NCBI GenBank assembly: GCA_039815375.1
Contig: JBCBZJ010000022.1
Location: 1 to 50,927, forward strand
DNA: 50,927 nucleotides
DNA from: Verrucomicrobiota bacterium
Lineage (GTDB): Bacteria > Verrucomicrobiota > Verrucomicrobiia > Opitutales > Coraliomargaritaceae
Reading direction: 5' to 3'
The notes under the pieces were generated by a model. That model ran no database searches. It worked only from the letters and a program-made list of their open reading frames with translations, and was not told the DNA's origin. The position numbers and the translations under genes were made by a program. This document shows, in pieces, positions 33,940 to 47,365 of the stretch; within the stretch, counting starts at the first letter, position 1, and every line of letters begins with the position of its first letter.

Positions 33940-34384
33940 TATCCAAAGAAGCGCGAAGTGCATCAGAATACGTCGGCCTGTCAACTCGCATTTTTGCAGA
34001 GTTTGTTTGTGATTCTTTACCTGACAAGAGGAGCCTGATAGAGCCCTGAAGGCATTAACAAATAGTCCGTCTACACAGATTCACTATTAGTTGAGTCACT
34101 ACCTTAAGCAAAACCGACAGATAAGAGGCCCCACATTCAACTACCGGGCAGTTCCATCGCAGCGCATCTACAACACGAGCGGAATAAGAGTCGAATGATT
34201 GCAACCGGCTGGCCAGAGGCCAAACTCATGAATCTTTTGAGGATATAAAAAAATCGCGCAATCCGGCCACTAGTCAAAAGCAATGCATTTCGTTACTTTT
34301 TTGTGTAAGTCAAGGAACATAATGCCGAACTATAGATCCGACACTCAGCAAATAGTATAAAACTCATAAACCAAATATAAAGCT

Positions 34385-34930
34385 ATGAACAAAACCATCC
34401 TCGCCCTCATCGTTGCATCTATTAGCATCCCTGTCTCAGCTGCCCTCGCCGGTAGTTGTGCAAGCTGCGGTAGCTGCTCCTCCAAAGCTAAAGCGGAAAT
34501 GACTAAAGTGGCCGCACCAGCCAATATTGTCGAAACTGCAGTATCTGCAGGCAAATTCAACACACTCGTTGCTGCGGTTCAGGCTGCAGGCCTTGAAGAC
34601 ACACTAAGCGGTGAAGGTCCATTCACTGTCTTTGCACCGACCGACGAAGCATTTGCTGCCCTCCCTGAAGGCACAGTAGAAAGTCTTCTTCTTCCGGAAA
34701 ACAAGGACAAGCTTATCGCAATTCTCACCTACCACGTCGTGCCGGCAAAGGTAGAGGCTGCTGATGTAGCCGCCGGAGAAGCACCGACTGTTAATGGCCA
34801 AACTGCTACCATCGAAATCGCTAACGGTAACGTTATGATCGAAGGTGCTAAAGTCGTAATGACTGATGTTGGTGCAAGCAATGGCGTTATCCACGTGATC
34901 GATAGTGTTATCCTTCCGAAAGACGCTTAA
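34385..34930 (+). CDS. Secreted fasciclin (FAS1) domain protein
   Basis: Signal peptide, [30 protein letters not shown]. Confidence 0.96.
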   Translation: MNKTILALIVASISIPVSAALAGSCASCGSCSSKAKAEMTKVAAPANIVETAVSAGKFNTLVAAVQAAGLEDTLSGEGPFTVFAPTDEAFAALPEGTVESLLLPENKDKLIAILTYHVVPAKVEAADVAAGEAPTVNGQTATIEIANGNVMIEGAKVVMTDVGASNGVIHVIDSVILPKDA

Positions 34931-34959
34931 GCGACCGACTCATCTTATTTTTTAAATCG

Positions 34960-34990
34960 AAGGCGTTCCCGGTTGGGAACGCCTTTTTTT
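34960..34990 (+). terminator. Intrinsic terminator
   Basis: aaggcgttccc-ggtt-gggaacgcctt plus T-run. Confidence 0.88.
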
Positions 34991-35149
34991 GTTTTTTAGG
35001 GATCAAAATGAGCTTCAAAAAGCTCTGATCGACATACGCTTTTTCCGGATTAAACCAGAGTGACCTCAAAGAGGGTTAATCTACTACCCTGATGAATGAG
35101 CGATCGGCTCGATCGAAAAGAGCGGGACTAATATTCTATGGGTCTACAA

Positions 35150-37114
35150 TCAACCTTCAGCTCGTTGGCGAGCGTCGGTATCGATTTCTTTTAGAATGGT
35201 CTGCATCACTTCGGCAGCCGCTTGCTTTACCTTGGGCAGCTCTTCCGGATCGTTCACCTCAGAGCGACCAAAGACATAGAACTTGATCTTCGGCTCGGTG
35301 CCGGATCCGCGAACCGCGAAGCTATAACCGTTGCTCAGTTCGAGGAAATAGAAATCCTGCGGCGGTATCCTCTTGCCGTCGGAATCGATGATTTCATCCC
35401 GACCGAAGTCGGTGAATCCAGTGACTTCAACCGAACCGAAGGCCTTCGGAGGATCGTTGCGGTAGGTGTCGAGGATGTTCTTGATTTTCTCGGCACCAGC
35501 CGCGCCTTCATAATAAATATTAATGGTCTTTTCCTCGTAGTAGCCGTGCTGCAAATAAAGTGCGTCCAGATATTCGGGGAAGGTCATTTCGTTTGCCTTC
35601 AAATAGGCTGCAAGCTCACAGAACATGACCACTGCTGCGTTGGCATCCTTATCCCGAACCTTGTCCGTGCCAAGGTAACCGTAGCTCTCTTCGCTTCCGA
35701 AGACAAAGAAAGTCGAGTAGTCCAGCAGGAGATCTGCTCGCGTCCAAATGTCGCAGCTATCGTAGTCGACCGCGAGACCTTCCTTCTCAAAGAGCTTCTC
35801 TTTCATTTCGGCCTCATAACCGGCGAGTTTCTCTCCGAGCCATTTGAATCCAGTGAGCGTATTAATCGTCTTGAGTCCGTGCCAGTCTGCAACGGACTCC
35901 TGCATCGGTGTCGTCACGAAGGTCTTAATGACAACGGCACTTTCGGTGCCATCTTCGGGGAGAATCTCGGCGTCCTTAAGTGTCGAAATCCGGTATTCAG
36001 CCAGAATTACGCCGACTTGATTACCCGTCAACAAGACCATCTCACCATCGGTGTTGCGCACGGCCACGCCCATGCGATCGGCATCCGGATCGGTCGCGAT
36101 CACCACATCGGCCCCACACTCTTCCGCCTTGGCAAGAGCCATGGTGAGGGCTTCGGCATTTTCCGGATTCGGCGACTTCACCGTAGGGAATCGTGGATCC
36201 TGAATACTTTGCTCAGGCACTTCAATCACTTCGACACCCAGCTTTTCGAGGGCTGGCACTGTACTGATTGCACCCGTTCCGTGAATCGGAGAGAAAACAA
36301 TCTTCGGTGCTTCCTTTTGCATCACTTCGCGGTCGATCACCATTTCGTCGAGCATGGCAAAGTATGGCGCGTCGGCGTCTTTCTTCAACGTAATCACCGG
36401 CGCAAGATCTATATCGAGGAACTCAGGCAGCTCTTCGAGTTTCACCTTGCCAACCAGACCAACAATGCCTTCGGCATGCGGCGAAACAACCTGTGCCCCG
36501 TCTTCAAAGTAAGCCTTGAAGCCATTGTCATGCGGCGGATTATGACTGGCAGTAATCACGGCTCCACAGGTTGCTTTGAACTGACGCACCGCAAAGCTGA
36601 GTTGAGGAGTTGAACGCGGCCCATCGAAAATCAGGGCCTGTCCACCAAGCTTGCACCAGGTGGAAGCAGCCAACTCACAGAAATGACGGGAAAAGTGGCG
36701 CACATCGTGGGCGATGATGAAGCGCGGCAGGTCATGGCGACCCGAGTCTGCAAGGTATGCCTCGCAATACCGAAACAGGCCGATGGTGGCTTTGATGATA
36801 TTGAAATCATTCAAAACATTGGTGCCGACAGCAGCATGCTCGGGAGTGCCTTGAGGCCCCTCGATGCCGATTTCCGAAGAAGCCGAAACGCGCCCGATGG
36901 TGCGGCCACGGATACCGCCTGTGCCGAAGGCCATATTCTGATAGAAGCGATCATTAAGTTCGCTCCACTCTTCTTTTTCAACCAGCTCATCAATACTCGC
37001 ACCCACCCACTCCGGCAGGATATCGGCACTGGCCCAAACTTTCAGATTCCCGACGGTACTTTCGAGGAGCTTACCCTCTGCACCGGCTGCTTCGATTTTT
37101 TCAATGACGCTCAT
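35150..37114 (-). CDS. Phosphoglucomutase/phosphomannomutase
   Basis: FGTGGIRG, TASHNP catalytic Ser, DPDADR, EESYG, RGSGTEPKIK; start likely ATG 37114. Confidence 0.95.
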   Translation of the reverse strand: MSVIEKIEAAGAEGKLLESTVGNLKVWASADILPEWVGASIDELVEKEEWSELNDRFYQNMAFGTGGIRGRTIGRVSASSEIGIEGPQGTPEHAAVGTNVLNDFNIIKATIGLFRYCEAYLADSGRHDLPRFIIAHDVRHFSRHFCELAASTWCKLGGQALIFDGPRSTPQLSFAVRQFKATCGAVITASHNPPHDNGFKAYFEDGAQVVSPHAEGIVGLVGKVKLEELPEFLDIDLAPVITLKKDADAPYFAMLDEMVIDREVMQKEAPKIVFSPIHGTGAISTVPALEKLGVEVIEVPEQSIQDPRFPTVKSPNPENAEALTMALAKAEECGADVVIATDPDADRMGVAVRNTDGEMVLLTGNQVGVILAEYRISTLKDAEILPEDGTESAVVIKTFVTTPMQESVADWHGLKTINTLTGFKWLGEKLAGYEAEMKEKLFEKEGLAVDYDSCDIWTRADLLLDYSTFFVFGSEESYGYLGTDKVRDKDANAAVVMFCELAAYLKANEMTFPEYLDALYLQHGYYEEKTINIYYEGAAGAEKIKNILDTYRNDPPKAFGSVEVTGFTDFGRDEIIDSDGKRIPPQDFYFLELSNGYSFAVRGSGTEPKIKFYVFGRSEVNDPEELPKVKQAAAEVMQTILKEIDTDARQRAEG

Positions 37115-37130
37115 GGTATTTAAAATGAAA

Positions 37131-38567
37131 CTATTGGATAATACTGCCCTCAACGATTTCAGGTTTGATCGCAAGCGCATTCCACTGTTCGACAAAATCC
37201 CTCTGATCTGCGGCAAAACGATGGCTGATTTCGAAGGTGATCGAGGGCAAGCCTGAATCGTCCGTCTCCAGTTCAACCCCAGCCGCCTTCAGCCAACGAG
37301 CAAACATGCGAAGCTGATCCTCCTTACTGGTCTTTGGGGAATCAACACCCTCGACGTTTTTGACCGGACTAAAATCATCCTGGCGAGCTGCCTCTATAAT
37401 GACAGGGTTCTTGGCCAGCGGCAGGGCATCAAAAACAAACATCTCGAACTTCACGCCGTTGGGCGTGTCCGGCTTTATGACCGAGCCATCCGCATCAACG
37501 AACGGTATCTTCTTGTTCGCTCGGTGAAAGGGCAGTTTGGCATCAGCGGAGTTGCCACCTGCGCGGGCAATGAAATCAAGATCGAAAATATGAATGGCAA
37601 CGCTGCCCGCATTGAAGCGTATGGAACCGTCGGGGTTGGTCTCCTCCTGCATCGCGTCCGGCATATCGCTATACTCGATGACTTTGGTCTCACCATTTTG
37701 CGTGCAGAAGTGGCCGACCTTTTCCAGGGCATATGCTTTCGGCACCATCTTGCTCGAGAGCTCGGACTCACCGAGAATGTGAAAACCAACAAAGGCCGGA
37801 TCAACACACTGGATGATCGGATTATCGACTTGGAAGTAACTGACAATATCGATGCCGGCAGATTTCATTGTATCCACTGCACCACTACGCACGAGTGCCC
37901 GAAGAGAACCGCCGTGGCCATCGGGCGTCATCGCGATCTTCCCCTTATCGGATAGGAGTATCTTACCCTCCAAGTCGACTGCGGGAACGAGACCCTGAAC
38001 AATAAAGTGCACACTCTCTTTCGAGAGGCCAAAGTAGTCGTTCGACTCAAAAGCCTCAACCGTCGCCGCGTTGTTGATCTCGCTGGTCAAAATAAACCAG
38101 GGGATAGTTACTCCGAAACGTTCTCCGGAACGAGCGATTTTCTCTGCGAAAACCTGAAAGAGTGTTTTCGAGCTGACGGGAGAGACCGGGTAAGTTCCCT
38201 TTGGACCATCATAACCGAGACGTGTTCCTTGCCCACCCGCCACACAGAACGCAGCAACGCGACCTGCACGGATCGCTTCAGCCCCAGCCTCCCAAGCAGC
38301 ATCCCACTTAGCAGTATCGCCACCCGAAGCTGGTGTAGCCACGAAGGGGGCAGGCTCCAGACCGTCCAGGTCAAGCGTAGCATGCGCTCCTCCGAGAACA
38401 TGCTCCTTTACGAGTTCGTCGACTTCACTGAGGTCGATTGTGCCAGCTTGAGCGAGTAAAGCCTGTTGGCCATCAGCATCCAACTCGTCGTAATAGCGGA
38501 AGACTTGGCTCTGACCTGAGTTTACAAATGATTGGATCAGAGAATCGAGAGATGAGGCAGCGTTCAT
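37131..38567 (-). CDS. UDPGP type 1 family, UDP-N-acetylglucosamine pyrophosphorylase-like
   Basis: AGGQGTRLGYDGPKG, PDGHGG, QVDN, IEYSD, KFEMFVFD, FSPVKN; start likely 38567. Confidence 0.92.
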   Translation of the reverse strand: MNAASSLDSLIQSFVNSGQSQVFRYYDELDADGQQALLAQAGTIDLSEVDELVKEHVLGGAHATLDLDGLEPAPFVATPASGGDTAKWDAAWEAGAEAIRAGRVAAFCVAGGQGTRLGYDGPKGTYPVSPVSSKTLFQVFAEKIARSGERFGVTIPWFILTSEINNAATVEAFESNDYFGLSKESVHFIVQGLVPAVDLEGKILLSDKGKIAMTPDGHGGSLRALVRSGAVDTMKSAGIDIVSYFQVDNPIIQCVDPAFVGFHILGESELSSKMVPKAYALEKVGHFCTQNGETKVIEYSDMPDAMQEETNPDGSIRFNAGSVAIHIFDLDFIARAGGNSADAKLPFHRANKKIPFVDADGSVIKPDTPNGVKFEMFVFDALPLAKNPVIIEAARQDDFSPVKNVEGVDSPKTSKEDQLRMFARWLKAAGVELETDDSGLPSITFEISHRFAADQRDFVEQWNALAIKPEIVEGSIIQ

Positions 38568-38669
38568 GTAAGGTGTTTCTTCTAATTTGGATAAGACGGA
38601 ATGCAAACCTCGATCAGGCCTCTACGTAAAATCGGCGTTAAAGATTCAGGCTGAATCAGCCAGCCAGGC

Positions 38670-38975
38670 CTATGGCTCATCTGAGAATCGAAAGAGCAAC
38701 TCGTCCGGCCTCGAGTATCCAAGCCGCTCACGCACGACCCGCTCGAGAAACTCGGGATCCTCGATAAGCCGCGCAAGGTAGGCTTCCTTCTGTTCGAACT
38801 CTTTTCGAGCTTGTATGAGTTTCGCCTCAATTCTATCTTGTCGGGCTTTGAAATTTTGAAACTCGCGGTGAGTTTTCATCAACAAACCTCCGAAAAACAC
38901 GACCAAGACGCCCAGCATGCCCATCAGCATGATCAATAATACGCGTTCTTTTCGCAGTGAGTTATCTTTGAGCAT
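38670..38975 (-). CDS. Septum formation initiator (FtsB/DivIC family)
   Basis: One TM, coiled coil, DPEFLERVVRERLGYSRPDE. Confidence 0.85.
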   Translation of the reverse strand: MLKDNSLRKERVLLIMLMGMLGVLVVFFGGLLMKTHREFQNFKARQDRIEAKLIQARKEFEQKEAYLARLIEDPEFLERVVRERLGYSRPDELLFRFSDEP

Positions 38976-39033
38976 CGACTTCTTCAAAGAAGGCAGATTT
39001 CGAATCTTTGGAAAGGGTATTCTTAACTAGACC

Positions 39034-39855
39034 ATGTATCAGAAATATTTCGGTTTTTCGGAGATGCCTTTCCATGTGACGCCTAATCCGCGTTTCCTTT
39101 TCCTGAGTCCAACACACGAGGAAGCCCTGCAACATCTTCGTTACGGCATCGAGGACAAGAAGGGCTTTATCGTGCTGACCGGCGAAGTCGGCTGCGGCAA
39201 GACCACACTCTGCCGGAAACTTCTCGAAGAACTCGAAGAGCGCAAAGAAGTCGATACCGCCCTACTTCTGAATCCGAGAGTCTCCGAGACGCAGCTCCTT
39301 CGCGGCATCATGAAAGAACTTGGCGAGGAGGTGAAAGCCCGCTCGAAGAATGACTTGCTGGACAAGATGAACGACTCGCTGCTTGAACGCATTCAGGCAG
39401 GCCGTGAGATCGTGGTCATCATCGACGAGGCCCAGAATCTCTCCTTCGAGGTCATGGAGATGCTACGCATGCTATCCAATCTGGAAACCTATGATCAGAA
39501 ACTTCTCCAGATCATCCTCATGGGCCAACCGGAGCTCGGCGCGAAACTAAAAGAAGAACGTCTCCGCCAGCTTCGCCAACGTGTGCTTGTGCACTACGAC
39601 TTAAAGCCACTTAACACCGAAGAAGTAAGACTCTATATCAACCATCGGCTTGCCCTGGCTGGAAGCAACGGCAGTCTCCAGTTCACCCAGCGAGCAGTTA
39701 AAAAGATCGCTGACGGGAGCCTCGGTATTCCACGGATGATTAACAACATCTGCGACAAATCACTCCTCTCGACCTACATTCGGAACGGCAATGAAGTGAA
39801 CTGGTGGGATGTGCGAAAAGCGCTCAAGGACATCAGTCGCCTGCACCGGAAGTAG
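39034..39855 (+). CDS. ExeA/GspA-family AAA ATPase
   Basis: MY..YFG..E.PF, GEVGCGKT, IIDEAQNL, LMGQPEL, GIPRMINNIC. Confidence 0.93.
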   Translation: MYQKYFGFSEMPFHVTPNPRFLFLSPTHEEALQHLRYGIEDKKGFIVLTGEVGCGKTTLCRKLLEELEERKEVDTALLLNPRVSETQLLRGIMKELGEEVKARSKNDLLDKMNDSLLERIQAGREIVVIIDEAQNLSFEVMEMLRMLSNLETYDQKLLQIILMGQPELGAKLKEERLRQLRQRVLVHYDLKPLNTEEVRLYINHRLALAGSNGSLQFTQRAVKKIADGSLGIPRMINNICDKSLLSTYIRNGNEVNWWDVRKALKDISRLHRK

Positions 39856-39885
39856 AAAACGATCACTGCCCAACGCCTCGCTCAT

Positions 39886-40509
39886 ATGTCGCTCATCAAC
39901 CAAGCCCTTCGCAAAGCTCAACACGACCGCAACCCCAACCAAGCGTCTGGTGGCGCACCGACTACTCCCGCACAGCTTGCCGCTGCGACGGACCGAGGCA
40001 GAGGGCCAGTGCTCATCATCGGATTGGCAATCGCTTTCGCAATCCTGATTGCCCTGGTAGCCGTATTGAGCCTAATCCTTTTTAGCCGCAATGAGCCTGA
40101 ACCGACTCCGGTGATTGCTTCGAAGCAGGTGCCTGTTCTCACACCAGAACCCGCTCCAGACACGCTTCAAAATCAACCGCAGCCAACTACGAGCCAAACC
40201 AGCTCGCCGCTTACCCGCGAGGACCCATCTGATGTCGTCGAACAGTTACGCCTTGAGCGTGAAGCGGTCGAAAAAGCTGCCGCAACTGCTGCAGCCGAAC
40301 CGAATCCCGAAATCATTGACTGGTTGGCCCGGGCAGTCATCAGCGGGGTGAAGCTCTCAGGCACCGGTAGCAAAGTGATTTTGAACGGCAACTCCTATAG
40401 TATCGGTGAATATGCCAATGCGACGCTTGGACTGAAGGTAATGATCATTCAGGAAGAGCGTGTTCTCTTCGTTGATAGCAATGGCAAAAAGTATCTGAAG
40501 CGACTTTAG
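39886..40509 (+). CDS. ExeB/GspB-like bitopic protein
   Basis: MSLINQALRKAQ N-terminus, TM, Pro-rich linker, C-terminal beta domain; follows the exeA-like gene. Confidence 0.7.
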   Translation: MSLINQALRKAQHDRNPNQASGGAPTTPAQLAAATDRGRGPVLIIGLAIAFAILIALVAVLSLILFSRNEPEPTPVIASKQVPVLTPEPAPDTLQNQPQPTTSQTSSPLTREDPSDVVEQLRLEREAVEKAAATAAAEPNPEIIDWLARAVISGVKLSGTGSKVILNGNSYSIGEYANATLGLKVMIIQEERVLFVDSNGKKYLKRL

Positions 40510-41396
40510 GATTCTCTCAGATCTTCGTAAAAAGCGGTGAAAGCCGAGAACATGTAGGCAAAGGAAAAAAACAGTCCTATAAAGAAGGCCAAGAGGCCCA
40601 ATACAAACCAACCGATGAAACTGAGCCCTAAAAAGAAGAGCTTCATCTTTTGCCCTTTCATCATCAGGACACTCTGACGGATCGTAGCCATCACACCAAG
40701 ACCCGGCTCGTCAAAGGCGATAAAGTAGACGAGCGAGTAGCGCAGCGTCAGCCAGGTCGAAACCAGAATGGTAGGCACGGCCAGAAGAAGAACCGCCACA
40801 ATGAACATCGGGTCCTGTTCGATCGGAACGGGGGAATTGGCCTCCAACGAGACCAGCAATGCGATTCCGGGAGCTGCCGAGGCCAATGAGGCAACGACCA
40901 CAATAAATCCGGTAAGCAGGTAAACGCCCATCATTGGCCAGAATTGTGAAAAGCCCTGAAAGAGCTCCCCGATATCGGCTCCGCCGCCCCGGCTCATGTG
41001 GATAAAAAAACCATATAAGCCAAGCATCATCGCACCACTGATTGCCAGCTGAATGAGTGGCCCAAGTAGAGGCACGATATTGGTGGCCCCAAGGACAATC
41101 TGCCAAAGAAACAAGCCCAGTGCAGCGAGAAGCCAATTCCCACTGAGCGATTGCCTTGCTTGAGCACGGAGCTGCCGATTCGGTGTTTTCCCTCCGGTGC
41201 CTTTAACTTCGATTGTTGAATTCGACGTGGGCTGAGCAGCAGGCTGAAAGACCGAACCGTAAGTCGCCCAATCCTCCATCCCTTTACACCAGACAAAGTT
41301 ATTCGTATTGATCTCACCGCGGTCAAAGAGCGCTTTCAAATCGGATTCCTCGACGGGGCCTTTTTGCTGACGGTTTATTTCGTAATACCAGTTCAT
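40506..41396 (-). CDS. GYF_2 domain plus DUF975-like membrane protein
   Basis: WYY....QKGP...VWCKGMEDW, then LRAQARQSLSGNW and S..MMKGQKMKLF.L.LSFIGW. Confidence 0.8.
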   Translation of the reverse strand: MNWYYEINRQQKGPVEESDLKALFDRGEINTNNFVWCKGMEDWATYGSVFQPAAQPTSNSTIEVKGTGGKTPNRQLRAQARQSLSGNWLLAALGLFLWQIVLGATNIVPLLGPLIQLAISGAMMLGLYGFFIHMSRGGGADIGELFQGFSQFWPMMGVYLLTGFIVVVASLASAAPGIALLVSLEANSPVPIEQDPMFIVAVLLLAVPTILVSTWLTLRYSLVYFIAFDEPGLGVMATIRQSVLMMKGQKMKLFFLGLSFIGWFVLGLLAFFIGLFFSFAYMFSAFTAFYEDLRES

Positions 41397-41417
41397 CGAC
41401 TATTAAAAAAAGAGAAG

Positions 41418-43391
41418 CTATTTATTCTGTCGCTCAATAATTTTGAAAAGCGGCTCTTTTTCGGAAGCCTCGATCATAGAATCTTCGATCGCATCATAGG
41501 CTGCCTCCGAATCCAGCTTTGCCCACTCGCGAACCGTACGCTCGAGGTTCCGCTTCCGGCGATTGTCATTCGTCACGGTAGCGGCCCATTCGAAACTTGA
41601 TTCAGGGTCGGTCCGCGAGACCTGATTCACCAGCCCTTCAATCGCTCCGTCACGGTTATCGCCGGCCTCAAGTGTCGCAATCCATTCCGAGGCCGCCATC
41701 GAGTCGAAACGTATATAGGTGTTGGCAACATTCTGAAAGGTGTTGCTCGAGCGTTTTTCCAAAACTCCCTCCTCTTCGAGTTGAACCAGCCACTCTGCCG
41801 CAGAGGCCGGGTCCTGACGAGCATACTGCTGGATCGTATTGGTGTAGAAGTCTGTTCTTCTTTCACCTTCATCGAGGCCTCCAATATATGCGAAGGCAGC
41901 TTCGGGATCGGACACCACCATTTGACTCATAATGGTATTCTGGACGTTCTCACGCGCCTGCATGTCGGTGATCTGGCTGGCCCACTCCAGCGAACTGTTG
42001 AGATCAGATTCAACCAGATACTCGGCGAGCGAATTGCTCAGCGTCTGCTGCACCATCTGATCTTCACTGTTCATCATAAGATCCTTGGCCGTTTCAGGAT
42101 AGTTCCGCGAGAGTTGCCAGCCCATGTTCTGGAGGGCACGCCGACGTTCATCCTCATACTCAAGTGTCGCGACGAAGGCCAAAGCTTCTTCAGGGCCGGC
42201 ATTGTTGATCATGGTCTGAGCAATTCGCCCCATCGCACGGGTGCGCGAATCTCCAGGCGGAAGTTGTTGAGCATATGCTTTGGCTCGATCCGGATCGGCT
42301 TGTGCCATTGCACCGAGGATATCGTTTACCTTATTGGAATAGGTTTCCCCGGTCGTGACTTCTCCAATCCAGTCCATTACGCCGAGGAGTTCATCGAAGT
42401 CCTTTTCCCAGCCCAGATTGCCAAAGTGAATATTCCGAAGGATCTGATTTCGTGTCAGCGGATCTCCATTGGCAGAGATGTAATCGAGCACCATACTCAA
42501 GTCTTCTTCCATGATGTCATTGAGCAATTCCCGACGCATTTGTGAAAAGATCCCGGAAGGTTCCTGCCGGTCCAGCCAATCGATCGCAGCCCGCGGGTCT
42601 TTCTCAATAAGATCGTGCATGGCTCCAACCATCGCTGCGGAGCGAGCAGTCGGATTCTCAATTAACTCGGCAGCCGCCATGGCCCCGTCCCAATCTTTCT
42701 TCGCCCAGGCAGCAAAGAGATTCTGGTAGACCCATTGTGAGGAATTATCGAGAGTCGTATATTCTTCGATGATTTGAAGCGCGCGCTGTGGTGACTCTTC
42801 GGCAAGGCTGGTGGCAATGGCACCGATCGCAGATCTTCGTTGATGAGAAGAGAGCTGCACCGCATTTGCGAGTGCAGCTTCGGGGTCGCGCTTTGCCCAA
42901 TTCGAATACAAGGCACTGTTCAGGCCCCAACGCATACTCCTGGGCTGTTTCTCAGTAAATTCTTTCAACCCCTTCGGATCGATTTCGGCCCACCTTGAGG
43001 CAATCAATGATTGGAACTGCCAGGCTATCGAACCGGAGCCATACTGCGGGAACTTATCCATGAGCGCAGGAAAATCCTCCGGCTCGACTTTAGTGAGCCG
43101 CGCATATATCGCGCCGATTTGATCGAACTCGCTCAATTCCTCCATGGAGTCGAACCAGGCCTCATCAATCGGCCCGTCCAGAGCAATGCCCCGGATGGGA
43201 GAAGCTTCCGCTTTCACAGGGGACTCTGGTGAACCAGCGACAGTAGGGAAAGACTGTGGAACGAAGGTGTCACCAGTCACAAAAGCTTGCGATGATCCGA
43301 ATTGTTCCGAGACCGTTTCTTTACCTGGGGCAAAGAAGACACCGAGCGCGATTCCTAAGGCCAAAGCAACTAGGGGTGCAATCCACTTCAT
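41418..43391 (-). CDS. Exported/anchored alpha-helical repeat protein
   Basis: N-terminal hydrophobic segment; recurring WA..DP.AA..W repeats. Confidence 0.8.
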   Translation of the reverse strand: MKWIAPLVALALGIALGVFFAPGKETVSEQFGSSQAFVTGDTFVPQSFPTVAGSPESPVKAEASPIRGIALDGPIDEAWFDSMEELSEFDQIGAIYARLTKVEPEDFPALMDKFPQYGSGSIAWQFQSLIASRWAEIDPKGLKEFTEKQPRSMRWGLNSALYSNWAKRDPEAALANAVQLSSHQRRSAIGAIATSLAEESPQRALQIIEEYTTLDNSSQWVYQNLFAAWAKKDWDGAMAAAELIENPTARSAAMVGAMHDLIEKDPRAAIDWLDRQEPSGIFSQMRRELLNDIMEEDLSMVLDYISANGDPLTRNQILRNIHFGNLGWEKDFDELLGVMDWIGEVTTGETYSNKVNDILGAMAQADPDRAKAYAQQLPPGDSRTRAMGRIAQTMINNAGPEEALAFVATLEYEDERRRALQNMGWQLSRNYPETAKDLMMNSEDQMVQQTLSNSLAEYLVESDLNSSLEWASQITDMQARENVQNTIMSQMVVSDPEAAFAYIGGLDEGERRTDFYTNTIQQYARQDPASAAEWLVQLEEEGVLEKRSSNTFQNVANTYIRFDSMAASEWIATLEAGDNRDGAIEGLVNQVSRTDPESSFEWAATVTNDNRRKRNLERTVREWAKLDSEAAYDAIEDSMIEASEKEPLFKIIERQNK

Positions 43392-43446
43392 GATGACAAA
43401 CTAGAATACCCCGGCATGCAAGCAAGCCTAGGTTCGCCGCCTGGCT

Positions 43447-46062
<2,616 letters not shown>

Positions 46063-46281
46063 AGATCACACTTTGCATAAGCTATTCCACGTCATTAGGC
46101 CTTACTAAAGATTTCTAATTTATTTATAAACTAATCATATTAATAGACTTACAATATTATCTTTACATCAAGTTTTATTGCCTTCCTGCAGAGATAAGCG
46201 ACAAGTATTCCCTTTGTGCGACAAAAATGCACACTTAGCTTCCGACTCGACATAAGGTCCTGAACGGTCCAAATTAATGAG

Positions 46282-46659
46282 GTGATCCACTCATTACAGC
46301 CTACTTCGGTCGGGGTGTTACTTCTAGCACTTGCGCTGAATCCATCAGCACTTGCTTTTGAGCAAGGCAGCCTATTCCTCTTCGATATTCGCGAAGCCGA
46401 GGAAAATAAAGGAGTGGCGGGGCGCATTCACATCTCGCCATCGACTTTCACCACAGAAAAGAAGAGACCAAAGACCCAAACTGCGATTCAACCGGTGCAC
46501 TCGGAATTTGAGGTCGATTTTACAGCATTGGGCTCAGACACGACCATCTCGCTGACGAGCGATTTCGAAGTCGGCACTTTTGACACCAACAACTCTTTTG
46601 GCGAAGACTCACTTGGTGATGAAGACACCCAGATGAATGGGTTTAACTTTAATTACTAG
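46282..46659 (+). CDS. Hypothetical secreted protein
   Basis: Signal-peptide-like LLLALALNPSALA; terminal aromatic residue; stop overlaps the nth stop. Confidence 0.5.
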   Translation: MIHSLQPTSVGVLLLALALNPSALAFEQGSLFLFDIREAEENKGVAGRIHISPSTFTTEKKRPKTQTAIQPVHSEFEVDFTALGSDTTISLTSDFEVGTFDTNNSFGEDSLGDEDTQMNGFNFNY

Positions 46660-47309
46660 GCTTTCTTCGTTTTTTTCGGCCGCTTACGATTCGGATACAA
46701 GCTGCGACACATTTCACAGACGGTGCCATCGCAACCTCGAGCGGTGCAATGCTCCCGGCCGTAGAAAATTATCTGAAGGTGAAGGTCGTTCCATGCCCGC
46801 TCCGGAAAAAGGCGCTTTAGATCCTTTTCGGTCTGAACAACATTTTTCCCTGAACTGAAGCCCCATCGCTGTGCCAAGCGATGAATATGTGTATCCACCG
46901 GAAACGCCGGCACCCCGAAGGCCTGGCTCATGACTACCGAAGCCGTCTTGTGACCAACCGCAGGGAGCGCCTCAAGTGAGGCCATATCGGCAGGCACCTC
47001 ACCGTTGTGCTGATCAAGAATGATACGCGAGAGGCCAGCGATTCCCTTGGACTTCATTGGCGACAAACCGCAGGGCCGGATCACTTCGCGAATCTCATCA
47101 ACCGTCAACTTGACCATATCCGAGGGATTGTCAGCCAGCTCAAAAAGCCGAGGCGTAATCTTATTGACTCGTTCGTCCGTGCATTGAGCAGAAAGCAAAA
47201 CAGCCACGAGCAAGGTGTAAGGATCCTTGTGATCTAAAGGAACTGGTGGGTCTGGATAAAGTTGGCCCAAGCGAGCCAATACAAAATCTGCGCGTTCTCT
47301 TTTAGTCAT
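46656..47309 (-). CDS. nth: Endonuclease III
   Basis: LLSAQCTD, LPAVGHKTA HhH, VDTHIHR, C-terminal 4 Cys. Confidence 0.95.
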   Translation of the reverse strand: MTKRERADFVLARLGQLYPDPPVPLDHKDPYTLLVAVLLSAQCTDERVNKITPRLFELADNPSDMVKLTVDEIREVIRPCGLSPMKSKGIAGLSRIILDQHNGEVPADMASLEALPAVGHKTASVVMSQAFGVPAFPVDTHIHRLAQRWGFSSGKNVVQTEKDLKRLFPERAWNDLHLQIIFYGREHCTARGCDGTVCEMCRSLYPNRKRPKKTKKA

Positions 47310-47317
47310 TCGAAGAT

Positions 47318-47343
47318 AAAAAAAGCCGTCCCGGAGGACGGCT
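47318..47343 (-). terminator. Terminator after TM2 gene
   Basis: agccgtcc-cgga-ggacggct with an A-run to the left. Confidence 0.75.
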
Positions 47344-47365
47344 GAAAGATAAAAAAAGGAGGTAA

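Noticed and set aside
35222..36613. 463-aa plus-strand ORF
   Set aside because: Antisense shadow of the phosphohexomutase; no recognisable motifs.
46063..46200. Possible CIRCE heat-shock operator upstream of clpB
   Set aside because: No TTAGCACTC-N9-GAGTGCTAA match; just AT-rich promoter DNA.
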